Shown: in pieces, positions 1 to 13,314 of the stretch
Position numbering within the stretch: the stretch's first letter is position 1
Layout: each line of letters begins with the position of its first letter
Translations under genes and position numbers: made by a program
DNA from: Batkoa obscura
Taxonomy: Eukaryota
Length of the DNA: 64,000 nt
Direction of reading: 5' to 3'
NCBI GenBank assembly: GCA_030770535.1
Contig: JASVEC010000018.1
Coordinates: 682,001-746,000 of the forward strand
Notes under the pieces: generated by a model
Seen by the model: only the letters and a program-made list of their open reading frames with translations
Database searches by the model: none
What the model was told of the DNA's origin: nothing

Positions 1-2959
1 TTTTATCTCTAGCATCCATCGATTTGTATTGCTTATTATCTATCTCATTTTCTTCTATTTCTGTTAAATCCGAATATTTATATTTCCGTATTTTATTACT
101 TTCTCCTATGTTTTTATACTCCAACTTTCCTAAACTACCCTCTTTTGGTGATTTTACTGAGCTTAGTAAATATTCACATGAGTTGGTAGCCTGTCTTTTA
201 GCGGGCGATGCCTTATACTCTTTTCCTTGGTTTTTAATACTAATTTCAGTTGTATACTCACTGTTTTTAACAGATATTAAAGGATAACTTCCTTTCTTTT
301 CATCATATATATTTGTTTGATTTAAATCAGTAATAGGAGTAGAAGTAGGTAATGAACAAGGAGTATTAACAGATGAAGGAGCATGACCATTTCCAGAATA
401 GTAATTGTAATAATCCATATTAAGGGAAGTTTGTGGTAGATAATTATAATTCATAGGATAGTTTAGATTATGAGGAATATTTTCTTCATTTTTTGGTTTA
501 TCCCACCTTGTCATCCTAGTAACTGAATGGTAATAGTAAGGTTGACCTGTTGGTGCTATAGCTTGACACCAACCAGGTGGGAGGTCATTTGTTGTAGGAG
601 CTATAGGTTGATGAGGTGCTTCATGATGGTTATGTATAAAAGTGTGTGGGACTTGACCAGTGTAGTTAATATTATAAGGTGGAATTGAAGTACTATGTGC
701 CAATGCTGGATTTATAGCAGGATGTGTACTTGTCCCTTGAGAATAGCTGTTGTATGCCCAAGGGGTGCTAACTGGGAATGCTCCATTTTGTAATGGTGGT
801 TGGAAGTAATTGATAATATTAGGATTGACAATAGAGCTAGTATTTAATGGGATTTGATCAGCTTTGGAGTTTGGATTGACTTTAGTAGTATTTACTTTAG
901 AAGAGGGTGTATCATTGAGATTTGATGAAGCCTCCTGCTCATTTTCAGTTTTAAGCTCTTCTTCATCTACGAATTGAGACCTGATTAGTATATTAGTGCT
1001 TTTAAGTGTATTAAATAAATGGTATTTAAGAGAGGAGGTAGATTGAGCATTGAGTGCTATAGTGGATGATTGAGAACCATCGACGTTATTTGCATTAGAA
1101 TCTTGATTTGATAGACCCTTATTCTTCAAGGAATCACCAGATGGAGAAGGTTCAACAAGTAAATCCTCCCATCTACGTATATTCCCTTTGATATGTTCAC
1201 CAGTTTGACTGCATACTTTTAATTCTGAAGGATCTTGAGGTGTACCAGGGCCATTTGAATCCGCATTAAGCAAAGCCGCCTTAACATGAAAGGGTGAATT
1301 CTGGGCAGATAATTGAGAATCAGTTATTGAAAATTTCTTCAGAAGCAAGCTAGGGCTATCGCTTTCACCTTGTATGGTAGCTACAGCACTTGACACATCC
1401 ACTTTTTGTAGTCGAGGGATGATGTATTTAAGTGGCAATGGATCCCATTTTAAAAGCAATCGATTTGCTTTTGATTTGATCTCTGGGGAGCATGTTTCTA
1501 TGTTGGTTTCTAAAGTTTCAAATATTTTCAAATCGACTAATTTGTTTTTGTTCATGATAGGAAGCATATCTAGTACATCTAATAATCCATCGAATATGAT
1601 GTCGTCATCCTTAAACAATTCAAGCAAAGCTTTAAGTGACGTGAGGCCATGTAGCCTTAAGAATGTCTTCAAATACTTTTTATCTTCGGTTAGTTTCATC
1701 TTTTTAATTAACATAAGCGCCCTATTTGTGTTTTTATCCTCTTGGCTTATCCTCATTAATAAACTAGCTAATTTTGAAACCTCATCATCACTACATAAAC
1801 CACGATGTTTGGATTCTATTTCATCCTCATCAGAATTCTCAAAGCCTCTAAGCTCAGTCTGTTTCTCTCCGCCTAATATACCTTTGCAGTTTGGTTCGCC
1901 ACAATAGCAGATTTGTGCTTCAGCGCCATATCGTTCAAATTGGTAATCAAAAGTTAACTCTTCACCTTTTTTTATAGCTCTTTTCGAGAAGATTCCAATC
2001 CTAACCCTGGATCCAACCATCCATTTTTGTAAAATACAGTTTGGGTTACAACTATGATTTATAAAGCGAGCTAATGAACCAGTCGTAGTAGCATCAATAA
2101 TTCGATCTGCTTTCAGACTCATGAAATAGAAATGTTTATGACCTTTTTCATGATATTTTTCCGCTCTTCTAATAAATGAGCCGTGGCTTATAACCTCGCC
2201 AACATATTCCATTACAAATTGATTTTGCCTGTAATCAGCAGTGGCTTCCAATCCAAATCCCTTTTTTTCTGTTTCAATTAATTTTAAAGGAGAATTCTCT
2301 TTACGAGTGAATCTATCAATACAGTTTAATAAATAATTGTTTGTTTATTAGTAACCTTACCTTTGATTTTTGCAATGTCTTCCTCCAGCACAAACGCCTT
2401 TCTTGCATTCAAGCATAAGCATACGATTTATGCAATTTGAATCAGCATCACAGGAGGATCTAGTTCCGTCGTCATCTTTAATTTAAAATTAGTTATCATT
2501 ATCATTAATTTTGAAATATTACTTCTAACAAGTTTACAAAGGCAGGGCATATATTCTTCTTTACTTTCATTTCTTGCTGAACCCAAATAAACGCTGGACT
2601 CTATATAGTTAAACTTTTTTAATGCTTTTTTCAAAAGTTGTTTTTGTTCTGGGTCTGCATTGTTGAATGTAGATGGTAAGTCGTCTTCATGATCACTATT
2701 GGATTCATTCGCGAAATCATTCTTTGAATTTGAAGTTAGCTTATTAAGCTCTGTAGTTTGGTTCGGGTCTATTATTAAATTAATAAATGTTTATCTTAAA
2801 ATAAATCTAATTACCTTCTGGAGATAGGTTTGAGCTAGTAATTCCAGATAATGTCTCACAGCTTTATAATTAGTAAAACTCGTAAATTATAATAATAATA
2901 GATAGTTACCTTTCTTTCGAGTTGCCAATAGTGTGGCTGTCTTGTATCTCCACAACCAT
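1..2959 (-). CDS. SET2: Histone H3K36 methyltransferase Set2 (AWS-SET-postSET ... WW); spliced, 3' end runs off the window start
   Basis: Spliced translation gives CINRMLMLEC, KKGFGLEA, FVMEYVGEVI, GSLARFINHSCNPNC, GEELTFDYQFERYGAEAQICYCGEPNCKGILGG, and a WW domain LPPGWCQAIAPTGQPYYYHSVTRMTRWDKP (~500-590). ATG at 2959, four short GT-AG introns. Confidence 0.93.
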
Positions 2960-3924
2960 TTTAGTTGAATTTAATAACATTGATGGAGCTGCGATAAAAG
3001 GTAAAAGTAATAGGTCTGTAAACTATATAAATATGTAGGTTCTACGTTCAATGATAATAAAAGTGAAGTTTAATCTTAAGTTAGTAGTTTGTCGAGTTCT
3101 ATCTATCAATCTTTTCAACCTTTGTTCAATTAAAATTATTCAAGCTTAATTTTCTTAATATTCTTTTATCTTAAAAGCAGCAAATTAAAATCAAGTATCT
3201 AGAATCATTCCTACCTGATTTGCAATTGATCTAAGTTGTAAAACTTAAATTAAGTCAGTATTGGGCATTAATTATTTTTTTATGGATGCAAAGCCTAATT
3301 TCATTGGTTAAATAGTGATTTGGATCAGTTTTTTTAATATTTGGGCAAGTTTGGAAATATTTACCCAGAGCGACCGATTTTATTAAAATAGACTGAGTTT
3401 AAAATAAAAGAATAACAAAATAAAAAACAACTAAATAATGATGCTAGTTCAAATATAATTGTTACAAGTCATTTTGATTGTTTAGTATTATATAAATAAA
3501 TTATTGGGAATAGCCTTATTCGGCTCCATATTTATTAAATCTATACTATCTAGCCAGTTTGTTTTAATATATACCAGAAAGCTTCAATAACTAAGCTTTT
3601 ATTTATGTGTAATATAGTCTATTACGTTATATCATACTATACTATATTATAAAAAGTAAGCTTATCAAGAGCTCATCCCAAAAAGTAGGAAAGCAAGATA
3701 AATTTTAGCAAATAATAATAGTAAAATATTTATTTAGCAACTAATTTTTTAACCTATTTTTAACCATCTCTAAAATTTAAAACGCAACCACTTTGTGCTT
3801 ATGAAAATGAGTACCAATAACATTTGCTTTATTACTGATGATAAAATTTATTGGTTAAAACAAAAAAGGTGTAACAATAAGAAAAAAAAGACAGATTTTG
3901 GTCAAAATTATTGTATTCAATTAA

Positions 3925-4506
3925 ATGATTATAAAACTTAAGTCATCTGAAGGTACCGAGTTTAGCGTTGATAGAGAAATAATAACCCGTAGTATACTTA
4001 TTCGTAATATACTTGAAGATGTAGAAGCATGTGATACTTATGGTAATTTGACTTATTTTCTTAATGAGCGTTTAGTTATTTTATAATAGAGATTCCATTA
4101 CCAAATGTGTCAGCCCCTATTTTAACTAAAATTATTGAGTATTGTACCCATCATAAAGACGAGCCAATAAGTCAGTATGAGGAAGGAGGTAATAATAACT
4201 TAGATGAGATTGATGCTTGGGACCAAGAATTTTGTAAGGTTGACCAGGGAACATTATATGATTTAATACTAGTAAGTTATATAATTATAAATATAATAGA
4301 AAAACCTCACTTAAATATACAATCAATAGGCGGCTAACTATTTAGATGTTCGTTCACTATTAGATTTGACATGTAAAATAATAGCAAATATGATAAAAAA
4401 TAAAACACCAGAACAAATTAGACAGACGTTTAATATTGAAAATGATTTTACGCCTGAAGAAGAAGAAAAGAATCGTAGAGAAAATGCTTGGGTTGATGAT
4501 CGTTAA
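3925..4506 (+). CDS. SKP1: Skp1, SCF ubiquitin ligase adaptor (2 introns)
   Basis: [16 protein letters not shown]...[21 protein letters not shown]...[34 protein letters not shown]...[21 protein letters not shown]. Confidence 0.95.
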
Positions 4507-5205
4507 ATTTAAAGTTTTATTTTTTAAGTTTAAAATAATAAACTTTTGATTTTTGATCGTTTTCACTTAGTAGTATTTTTTCTTTATTATTTCTGTATAT
4601 CAAATGTGCTCTTAGGGTTTTATCAAGTTTATAGTTTTAATATTTTAATAGACTTTGTTGAAATCACTATATTCATTTTGTAATAAACTTAATACCCAAT
4701 GTTTTAACATTAAGTGAAGTTATTTTTATTTGGTATCAAAGTTTATAGATGTATATATTTTAATCTAATATTTATAAAATAACAATTATTGAATTAAACG
4801 TTCCATAGTTGCCTTTAGTTATTTATAGCTGAGTTTTTTTTCACTTTTGAATAATATATCATTAATGTATTTTTCAAAAAGAATTTGATGGTATAAAGCT
4901 TACTTTTTGATTAAACATCGTTATTTATTTTGTATTTAAACATAAGGTTAATACCACTCTTAAATTTCTCCTTATAATATTAAATATTTGTATACTTACG
5001 TTTAACATATAAATTATGATGTAAAAGTAATAGAATTCAAAATAACACTTATCAACTATAGATAATACACTATAATAAAACTGAGACGCTGTATTAATTG
5101 CCAAATAAAAGCATATAATTTTATTTATTAATTTAAGCGTACTTAATTTAAGCTATTTTTAATTCTTAACTGATGATAAAGTATGATATGGTTCAAATGC
5201 TTACT

Positions 5206-6741
5206 TTAAAATATATATGGGACGATCTTATATGGTACTAACTCACAATATTTATCCCAGTATGGTCCATATTTTCCTTTACAACGGTTTTGATCACGCA
5301 TTGTACGATGAACTAAGAGGGCTATCATATAAAAGAAGTAAAAGTAAGGCAACAAAGAGTCGAGACCGCAAGTCAAACAGAATGCAAGGCACATCATTAA
5401 ATCTCCAAAATAGTTGAAGTGACGTGCAAGTCCCCAGTAGCCTGAAGCTAACAAATACGATACTCTAGTTTCTCCATCGCTAGTCTTATATTTGGCAGTA
5501 ATAACATTGGCTTCATATCCCCAAATTTTCCCTTTACCTCCTGCTTTTCTAATAATATCTTTTTGATTGTTACATTCACGGAAAATAAAGTAACCTCCAA
5601 GTCCTAAGCCCATAATAGCCCAGAAGAAAGGAATAGAAAGATCAATTGGGTTACGGTAAAGGTAGAAGGATTGGAGAGTATACATGAAAGGTAACCATAC
5701 AGAGTCACCCCAAGCAAGGTAATAACCAAAATGATCATGAGCAATATCAATGGTACGTAAATACCAATCTTCATTGTAAAAGAAATCAACTACGTAGATA
5801 CCATGTAAAATAATAAGTGCAACTAAAGAGTTAGTAACATAACCTAAATTCTTGTATTGGGCATAAGCAAAAGAAATATTAATTAAAGTCCATGCAGTGA
5901 TTCCTGGGCGTCCATTATGGAATAATTTAAAATCTATACCAAAAAGTCTTGGATTTAACTCAATACCCATGACTAAATCATAAAGTTTTGAGCCTGAAAA
6001 TTTGCGATCTTCTGGATGGGTTGGGAAATATTGGGCTTTATAATAAGAGAAGAAAGTTAAGAAATAACCGTATACATTTGTTGCTACTAAAAGGGCTCCC
6101 CAATTTTCAGCAATGATAGCACCATCAAAGACAGGGAATACTAAAGTGAAAATAAAGAATAAGGTATGAGTCAAAATCCATATACGGAATCCGTTAACTC
6201 TATAAGGAAGAACATGACCAGCTGGGGTTTCTTGACCATAACCTATGTTACTTGGGAAATAAAGATAAGCTAAACCATGGAAAGCTAGCCAACCGAAATA
6301 AAGATAAAAGCCTTTTCGAGTAGGGACTGGAAGTAATCCTGTAAGCCATTCAACCGTTAATTTATCTAATGAGTATCTATAGTAAATTTCAATCAATGGA
6401 TAAAAGAGGGATCCTTCAAAATGTTCAAGGCAGATCCAAAAGTAAATGACGATAAATGGTGAAAAGAAGAAGACTAACCCGACGAATAAAATGTTCAAAA
6501 AGCTAACATCTAAAGAAATTGTCAATTCATCACAAATTTATAGCCAAATAATCTTACTTTTTTCTCTACCCCAGGTATCATTTTCAGGAATGAAAGTTCC
6601 AGCATCTGATCCACTATCATCAGAGGCAGAGCGCTTACTTACTGTTCTCTGAGTAGCTTTAGATTTAACTGAGCCAGTCTCTGTATAGTTAGTACCAACC
6701 GTATTATGATTTGGTAGTAATGATTTAGTTTCAGTGTCCAT
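5206..6741 (-). CDS. DHCR7: 7-dehydrocholesterol reductase (sterol delta-7 reductase); one 48-nt intron at 6510-6557
   Basis: ERG4/ERG24 family motifs with DHCR7-type signatures: MGIELNPR, DFKLFHNGRPG, YLRTIDIAHDHFGYYLAWGDSVWLPFMYTLQ, SGYWGLARHFNYFGD, RCKGKYGPYWDKYC, N-terminal WGR. ORFs 6538-6741 and 5206-6525 are joined by a GTAAGA...TTTAG intron. Confidence 0.88.
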
Positions 6742-7609
6742 TTTAAAAACAACCTTTTTAATGTTAAACTCAAAGCATTTATACTATTTCTATCACCCTG
6801 TTCGAATTTTATTGGATTTGATTGGCCACTGACTCTCCCATTTGATCTTGTTTGATTTAGATGTTAAATTTTAGCAAATCAAAATTTGCTTATTTGGAAT
6901 TTTAAGGCTTCACTCATAAAAACTTAATCCAATTAATTAAAAGCAATCACCCACTCTCAACTTTAATTTTAATTAGATTATTTTAAAAAAAAAGTACTAT
7001 TAGGTGATGATATACAAAAATTATGTAGCTTATATTTACAAAATTTGAAGTTAATTGGGTTAAAAATGCTATTGTTAGCCTTTCGTTCTCACTTTTATTT
7101 TGTATTTATTGTCAACTCCGATTTTTACAAAACAATATCCTATTCAAGTCGCGTTTTGACCAATAAGATCAAAGTGATGAAATAAAAGTGAGCCAAACCT
7201 TTTAGTAAAAAGATACAAAGTAATGCTATTAAAGATAGAGAATAATAGAATACAGAACTAATAGGTCGGAAAAAGAATTAAAAGCTCGTCCAATTATACA
7301 TTTGAACAAACCACTTACTTTTATCGTAAGATAATTTTATCTACAATCCATTTTATTGGCCAGAAAAAGTTAGTAAGGTTAACATAGGATTTAAAAGTTC
7401 TTGAAGAATTTTTATAAGCCACATTACATTGAACATCGTTACAATAGGAATGTTCGGATCAACCTTGCTTCCTAATCGCATATATTGAAAGTTATGTTAT
7501 CCCCGATGTCATAAATAGTTATTTTAAAAAGTATTTAATATATTCTTATTATTTTTTACCATTACTAGAAGAATAATAATTAACAATATTTAAATTTAAA
7601 ATAGCAAAT

Positions 7610-7704
7610 GAGGACGTTTTTTTTATTTCATCACTTTTTCCATTTTTTAAGCACAATTTAAATAAAAAGCTACCAGTAAAATTTTTAGACAAATACATCT
7701 CCCC
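7610..7704 (-). mobile_element. MITE copy (diverged), flanked by AAAT direct repeat
   Basis: Aligns to the ~98-bp family in reverse orientation; AAAT at 7606-7609 and 7705-7708. Confidence 0.75.
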
Positions 7705-8667
7705 AAATTAAAGTTTTTTATATAATTTAGACTAAAATTTATTTCATTGTTTATTGAATTTAGAACAAATTTGAGCAATATAAGAAAAGTGATTTGGGAG
7801 TAGCTTTTCAAGACAATTTTACTTCTAATTTTCATATAAAGAGTTGATAGTATATGATTAAGTTTAAAAGCTGTTGGAGTTAAAAATAAAAATTTCTAAT
7901 TCACTCTTTTTTGTCCATTTTTTGTAGTAGGAAATTAAAAACTATTAAACAAAACCAAACGAAAAAACATTTCAACACGAGTTATTCTAAAATCAAGCAA
8001 AAGAGCAACTTATTTTTGTAGCACTTTGCGCTTAATTTGCGATTTTGTTAAAAATCAAATTGAACAAAATTTAAATGAGCTTTTAAACTAACCCCATATA
8101 CAACTTAATCAACTTACATAAACAAGTACCTTTTATTGATGTTGGTGAATATTGTTAATAACATAATGATAAAGTGGAAATTTATATGGATTGAAAGTTA
8201 CAATCGTTTTCTTAAGTTTATTGATTTGATCTTTTAATTTGATGCCACACTAACTAAAATAACAAATGTTATATTGCAGAATAAAGCTTGGACTTAAAGT
8301 TATAAAATTATTTGTATAATATATTGTAAACATTTGAATTATATTAGAACAATCTCAAAGCCTTATAAACTTAATCTTTGACTAAAGCTGAAATTCGCGT
8401 TACAGATTAATAAATAATAAATGATGATAAATAATAATCGAGTGTCATCCAACAATAATCTATCCCATTAAATAAATTTGTTAAAAGTTAATTCTAATTT
8501 AATTCTAATTTAATTCTAAGATAATTCTCCGCTGAGTTCTAAAACAATTAGATTTATTTGAAATAAAATAGCAATTGAATAAACAACTTTAATTAAAATA
8601 TAAAATGGATGGAGTTTACTGAATATAAAAGTTCCTAGATTATTTCTTTTCTAAAGTCATTCATTAA

Positions 8668-8976
8668 CTAAAGCTCCTCTCTCAAGTCGCCTCTTCTTGG
8701 TGCAATAAGTGGGTGAAGTTGGGCCAAATAAGTTATAGACCACCTGAATTAATAAGTAATAATTCAATAATATTTAAACAAAACTTACATCAAATACATA
8801 CTAACCAAGGTCATTATAGACATGGTACGGAACAATCTGATAAATTTAAGTTTAATAATAAATAGCTTTGTTATTAAAACTTACGTTTGATCTACGCCTT
8901 TTACTGGAAAGAAATACAGAGCAAATCCAAGTCCAATAGCCAAAATAGTTACGATCCAAAGGGGCCAGCTTGACAT
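8668..8976 (-). CDS. VMA9: V-type ATPase V0 subunit e (2 introns)
   Basis: Spliced: MSSWPLWIVTILAIGLGFALYFFPVKGVDQT-LFRTMSIMTLVSMYLM-WSITYLAQLHPLIAPRRGDLREEL*. W.ITYLAQLHPLI.P is the subunit e signature. Not in the ORF track. Confidence 0.92.
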
Positions 8977-9438
8977 TTTTGTTATTTAGAATCAGATAAT
9001 TTAATTTAATTTAAAAATAAATGTTCAAAAGGTTCAATTTAATCAAAATTAACGTTAGAGTATTTTTTGTGCATAGTTTTCCTGATTAAGTATCTTTTTT
9101 TAAAAATTGCAGCTTTTTTTACAACTGAGGAATATAGGTCATCGTTATAGTACCATATAAGTTACTACTCTAAATAACCTCAAGTAATACACTTGTATTT
9201 TCTAAAAGATGGATGTACTAAGATGAAAAATCCAAGTCTATCCTTGTTTACAGTATTATTTTTATTAAACTTAATAATGAGCTTATAATTTAAAAAAACA
9301 AAATTTGACTTTCCAATTTTAGAAAATTTTAAGGAACAGATCCCAAATTTTAGGTGATGTCAGAGTAAGAATGACTAATTCAAAAAAACTCTATAAAACA
9401 AAAGCAAGCTAAGTGGGGCGCATTCATTTTATACAATA

Positions 9439-10664
9439 ATGTCAACTTCTAACTACAGTAAATTTCGGCCATGCATAGATTTACATGAAGGCAAAGTGAA
9501 GCAGATTATTGGTGGTACTTTAAAAGAAGATTCCCAAGAGTTAAGAACGAATTTTGTTGCCGAGTATTTCATCACTATGAACTATAATATACAATGTTAA
9601 TTCAGTTAATAGTAAACCATCAAGCTATTTCGCCAGCATATACAAGCAAGAAAATTTACTTGGTACACATCTGATAAAGCTTGGTAATGGTAATGACGAA
9701 GCTGCATTGGAAGCGTTGAATGAGTGGTCGAGTAAGTATATAAAATTAATGCTTTAAAAATATTTTGGTTAAAGATGATTTTAGATCATATACAGATAGG
9801 GGGAGGAATAACAATAGATAATGCAAGCTATTGGTTAGAAAAAGGAGCGTCAAAGGTAGAGAAATTTCAATGTTTTATGATTGGAATTTGACATTTGTAT
9901 TATATAGGTAATAGTAACTAGTTGGTTATTTCAAAATGGAGAGTTATCATATAAGCGATTAAAATCACTTTGTGACAAAATCGGAAAGGATAAGTTGGTA
10001 GTAGATTTGAGGTAATTAGTAAATATAGCTTTAAACTATAGTTTTATATAGCTTTTAGCTGCCGAAAAGTGAGAGATTCCTGGTTTGTATGTATAAACAA
10101 ATGGCAGACAATTACAAACTTGGAAATTAATCAGGGTTAGTTTATTTGGTTTTTTATATAATTATATTTAAGTTTTTTTAGTCAATTTACAGAAGTTGGA
10201 AGACTATTGCAGGTAATGCCATAAAAGACAAAATGTAAATAGTAATAATGCAACATTAGTGAATTCCTTATTCATGCAGCTGATGTAGAAGGTTTATGCC
10301 AAGGAGTAGATATTGAATTAATAGAAAGTAAAATAATTTGACTAAATGGAAGAAATTAATGCCTTTTAGTGTTAGCAAAATGGGTTACAATACCTACAAC
10401 ATATGCTGGAGGAGCATCAAGTAAATTGAAGTTAGTTTTTTAAATATATTTTTATTGAGATTTGATTTAAGGTGTCAAGGATTTAGAATTAGTAAACAAA
10501 GTATCAAATGGTAAAATTGATTTGACTTTTGGGAGGTAAATCATTTTTATAAATAAGTGTTGAATTTCATTAATCTATACTATAGTGCTCTGGATATTTT
10601 TGGTGGAAATAAAGTTTTGTTTAAGGATTGTGTCGCTTGGAATCAATCTGGACGTCTACCTTAA
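9439..10664 (+). CDS. HIS6: ProFAR isomerase (histidine biosynthesis); many introns
   Basis: [88 protein letters not shown]. Confidence 0.95.
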
Positions 10665-11127
10665 TGCAAATAGTCAATAAAAATTTTATAAGATGATTAT
10701 TTAAATATATTTAGTTAAATTATGTAAGACAAACTAGAAAGTAAATATATTTTTTAGCAGAAGATGTCTTATATCTTAATTTTTTTAACAATTTAGTTGC
10801 TTTTGTTACTTTATAATTCATAAAACTGAGTACTTATAACTTTTTAGTTGACTAAACTTAATATTTGATTAGTTCCTAAAAATCACCTCGAATTATTCAA
10901 ACCTTTTAAGATATTTTTAAAATTTATAGTTAAAAACATAGTCAAGCTATTTATATAGAAACAAATTTGTAGCTTTACAAGCTTGTTTAAAACTAAAATA
11001 CAATTTATATAAAATTTGTTAAAAAATTTAAAATAAAAGATATAATTTTTAATATGCTCTATAGATTTAAATTTATTATGTACTTAATAAAACCGAACAT
11101 TAGCATTGAAGTTTACTAGCTCACTTC

Positions 11128-11157
11128 GAAACGCGCCAAGTACACTAGAGCGCGTTT
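11128..11157. promoter_or_regulatory. Two CGCG-core motifs (E2F/MCB-like) ~110-130 bp upstream of the UHRF1 start
   Basis: AAACGCGCCAA and GCGCGTTT within 30 bp, in otherwise CG-poor intergenic DNA. Confidence 0.4.
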
Positions 11158-11259
11158 ACTTTTAACTTAAATGATTAGTTGCACAAAAAAACAAAATTGA
11201 TCAATGATTTAAATTTTTTCAAAATTGACATTAAAATTTCCTAATACTCAATAGTTAAC

Positions 11260-13314
11260 ATGTATTGCGTAGTATAAACTTTAACCGGAGAAAAGGCATC
11301 TTTCAACTTTAATAGACAATAGTGTAAGTAAGATTAAAGGGCTGATATCCAAGGAATTTTAAAAACCGAAAGTGGCTCTTCGCCTTATCTACCTTGATAA
11401 ACAGGTAATGAGAAGATATACTATATTAAATAATAGTTGGCTAATTAACTTTCTAGCTTGAAGATGGCTTTACTTTATATGGTTATAATGTCAGAGATAA
11501 TGGCACAATTTTAGTTTCAACTAAAATTCAAATGAAGAAATCAAGACAGAAAAAGTAGTTGATAAAAAAATAGAGGAAAATAAAGAGGTAGAAGCAATAG
11601 AAGAAACCGAAGTAGAAAAGGAGGTATTGGAGTTGTATAATAAAAACAAAGATACTAATGGAAACACTGTTCCAAAGAAGAAGCCTACTTTATATCAAGT
11701 AGACAACTCAATGTTTTTTGATGAAGCAGGCAACATTGTTACTGTAGATAAAGATAATAACGAGATAGTTATTCCGCAAGTAGGTGAAGGTTACAAAAAA
11801 TGTAACAATACATCAGAAGCAGATTGTAAAGAAGGTGAATGCAATATGCGCGATAAAAAATTGTGCGAAGAATTGATTTTGATCTGTGATGAATGTCGAT
11901 ATTACTTTCATATCTTTTGTTTACTCAAACCTTTAGAAAAAATTCCAAAAGGTAACTAGTAGTTCGGTTTGTCTACCTTTAAAACTCTAATCGAATTTCA
12001 AAGGTGTTTCTTTAGTTATTATAATTATCTAAATGTTGTTCTCAATGGTGGTCAAAAGGGTAAAAGTCAAGTTAAAAAACAGATATTAAGACAGTAGGAT
12101 AATGGGATGGGTTATGCTAGTGCTAATAAAAAAAACGTACCATTGTCAAGTCGGATCATATAGGTCCCATTCTTGATGTGCCTATAGGGTCTAGCTTTTG
12201 TTGTCGAGCCCATTTACCTATGGGGTTCGTCGGTAATACAATATCAATACTTTATTTACTGAATTAGCAGTTTCAGCCACATGTAGTAGGAATTGATGGC
12301 TAAGGAAAAGGGTATCTTTACCGAATTGTCCTTGCTGGAGGTTATGAGTATGACAAGGATTTTGATGAACATTTTTACTATACAAGTTCGGGAGTAGAGA
12401 TCTTTCTGGAAATAAACGTGCCGCTATACAATCAAGCGATTAAGGACTCACATACACCAGCTTACTCTTATCTACCACTATGAAGTGGCCAATAAACATT
12501 AAAAACGCGGATATATTACCATATTGGAAAAAAAGTCCACCAGTTCGCGTATCTCGTAGTTACAAATTAAATGGAGATTTCTCAGAGTTCGCACTAGCTA
12601 AGGGAATATGCTATAATGACCTCTACAGACTAGTCTGTTATTGGCCAGAAACGGGACAACAATGGTTTATTGTTTGGAGATACAAGTTCCATAGAGATGG
12701 CTCTAAGTCAATCCATTGGAAGCTAGAAGGTAAAAAAATTGAAAAATTAGGTTTAGTTATGTATGATTCAGGTGGGGATGTTATTAAGGATAGTAAAGCA
12801 GCAACTAAAAAATCGAATAGTAAAAAAAAGAAAGGCAGAGGAAAAGAGGAAAAGAGGATGAAGAAAAACCAGTGTCAAAAAAGCAAAAGTCCGATACTAA
12901 ACCAAAAGCTGCGTTGTATAAACCAGATCAACAAATTTTAGATTTAGTTGGAAAAGATTTCTTAAATTTCAGAACTTGGAAAAAGATATTGGAAAAGGAA
13001 TACTCTGCAATGACCGAGTTTTTAGATACAGTTATGTGTGTAGAATTTATCTGTCCTATCTGCTAAGATACCATCTATGAACCTATATCTACCCGCTGTG
13101 GTCATAGTGCTTATCAAAGTCGGTTGAAAAATAACTTGCTTCACTATGGTAATTCATGCCCATTATGTCGAGGTACGCTTTATCCGGAGCTTGAAGGGTT
13201 ATGTAAAAGTGAAACTAAAAAGGAAACTAAGGTACTTTCTTGGTAACTTACAGCCAATGATTTGTTGTTGGTATGCCTAAATATTTGATGCCTTCTTATA
13301 CTAGTGGGAATTAA
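11260..13314 (+). pseudogene. UHRF1: UHRF1/VIM-like E3 ligase pseudogene (UBL-PHD-SRA-RING)
   Basis: UBL start MYCVV*TLTGEK and QLEDGFTLYGYNV; PHD LILICDECRYYFHIFCLLKPLEKIPKGN*; SRA HVVGIDG*GKG..IVLAGGYEYDKD, NKRAAIQSSD*GLT, WKKSPPVRVSRSYK, GICYNDLYRLVCYWPE; RING EFICPIC*DTIYEPISTRCGH...CPLCR; C-terminus MPSYTSGN*. In-frame stops at 11275, 11957, 12301, 12441, 13064 plus frameshifts. Confidence 0.88.

Noticed and set aside
24..1907. Plus-strand ORFs 24-287 and 1374-1907
   Set aside because: Antisense shadows of the SET2 coding exon.
8421..8535. Possible C/D snoRNA (ATGATGA...AATTCTCCG-CTGA) containing a 3x TAATTCTAATT tandem
   Set aside because: No terminal stem, the interior is low-complexity repeat, and I cannot verify an rRNA target; box motifs arise by chance in AT-rich DNA.
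11260..13314. Stop-codon recoding or an alternative genetic code (TAA=Gln) to explain the UHRF1 stops
   Set aside because: Neighbouring genes terminate with TAA/TAG, and the locus also has frameshifts and lost Cys ligands, so decay is the simpler explanation.
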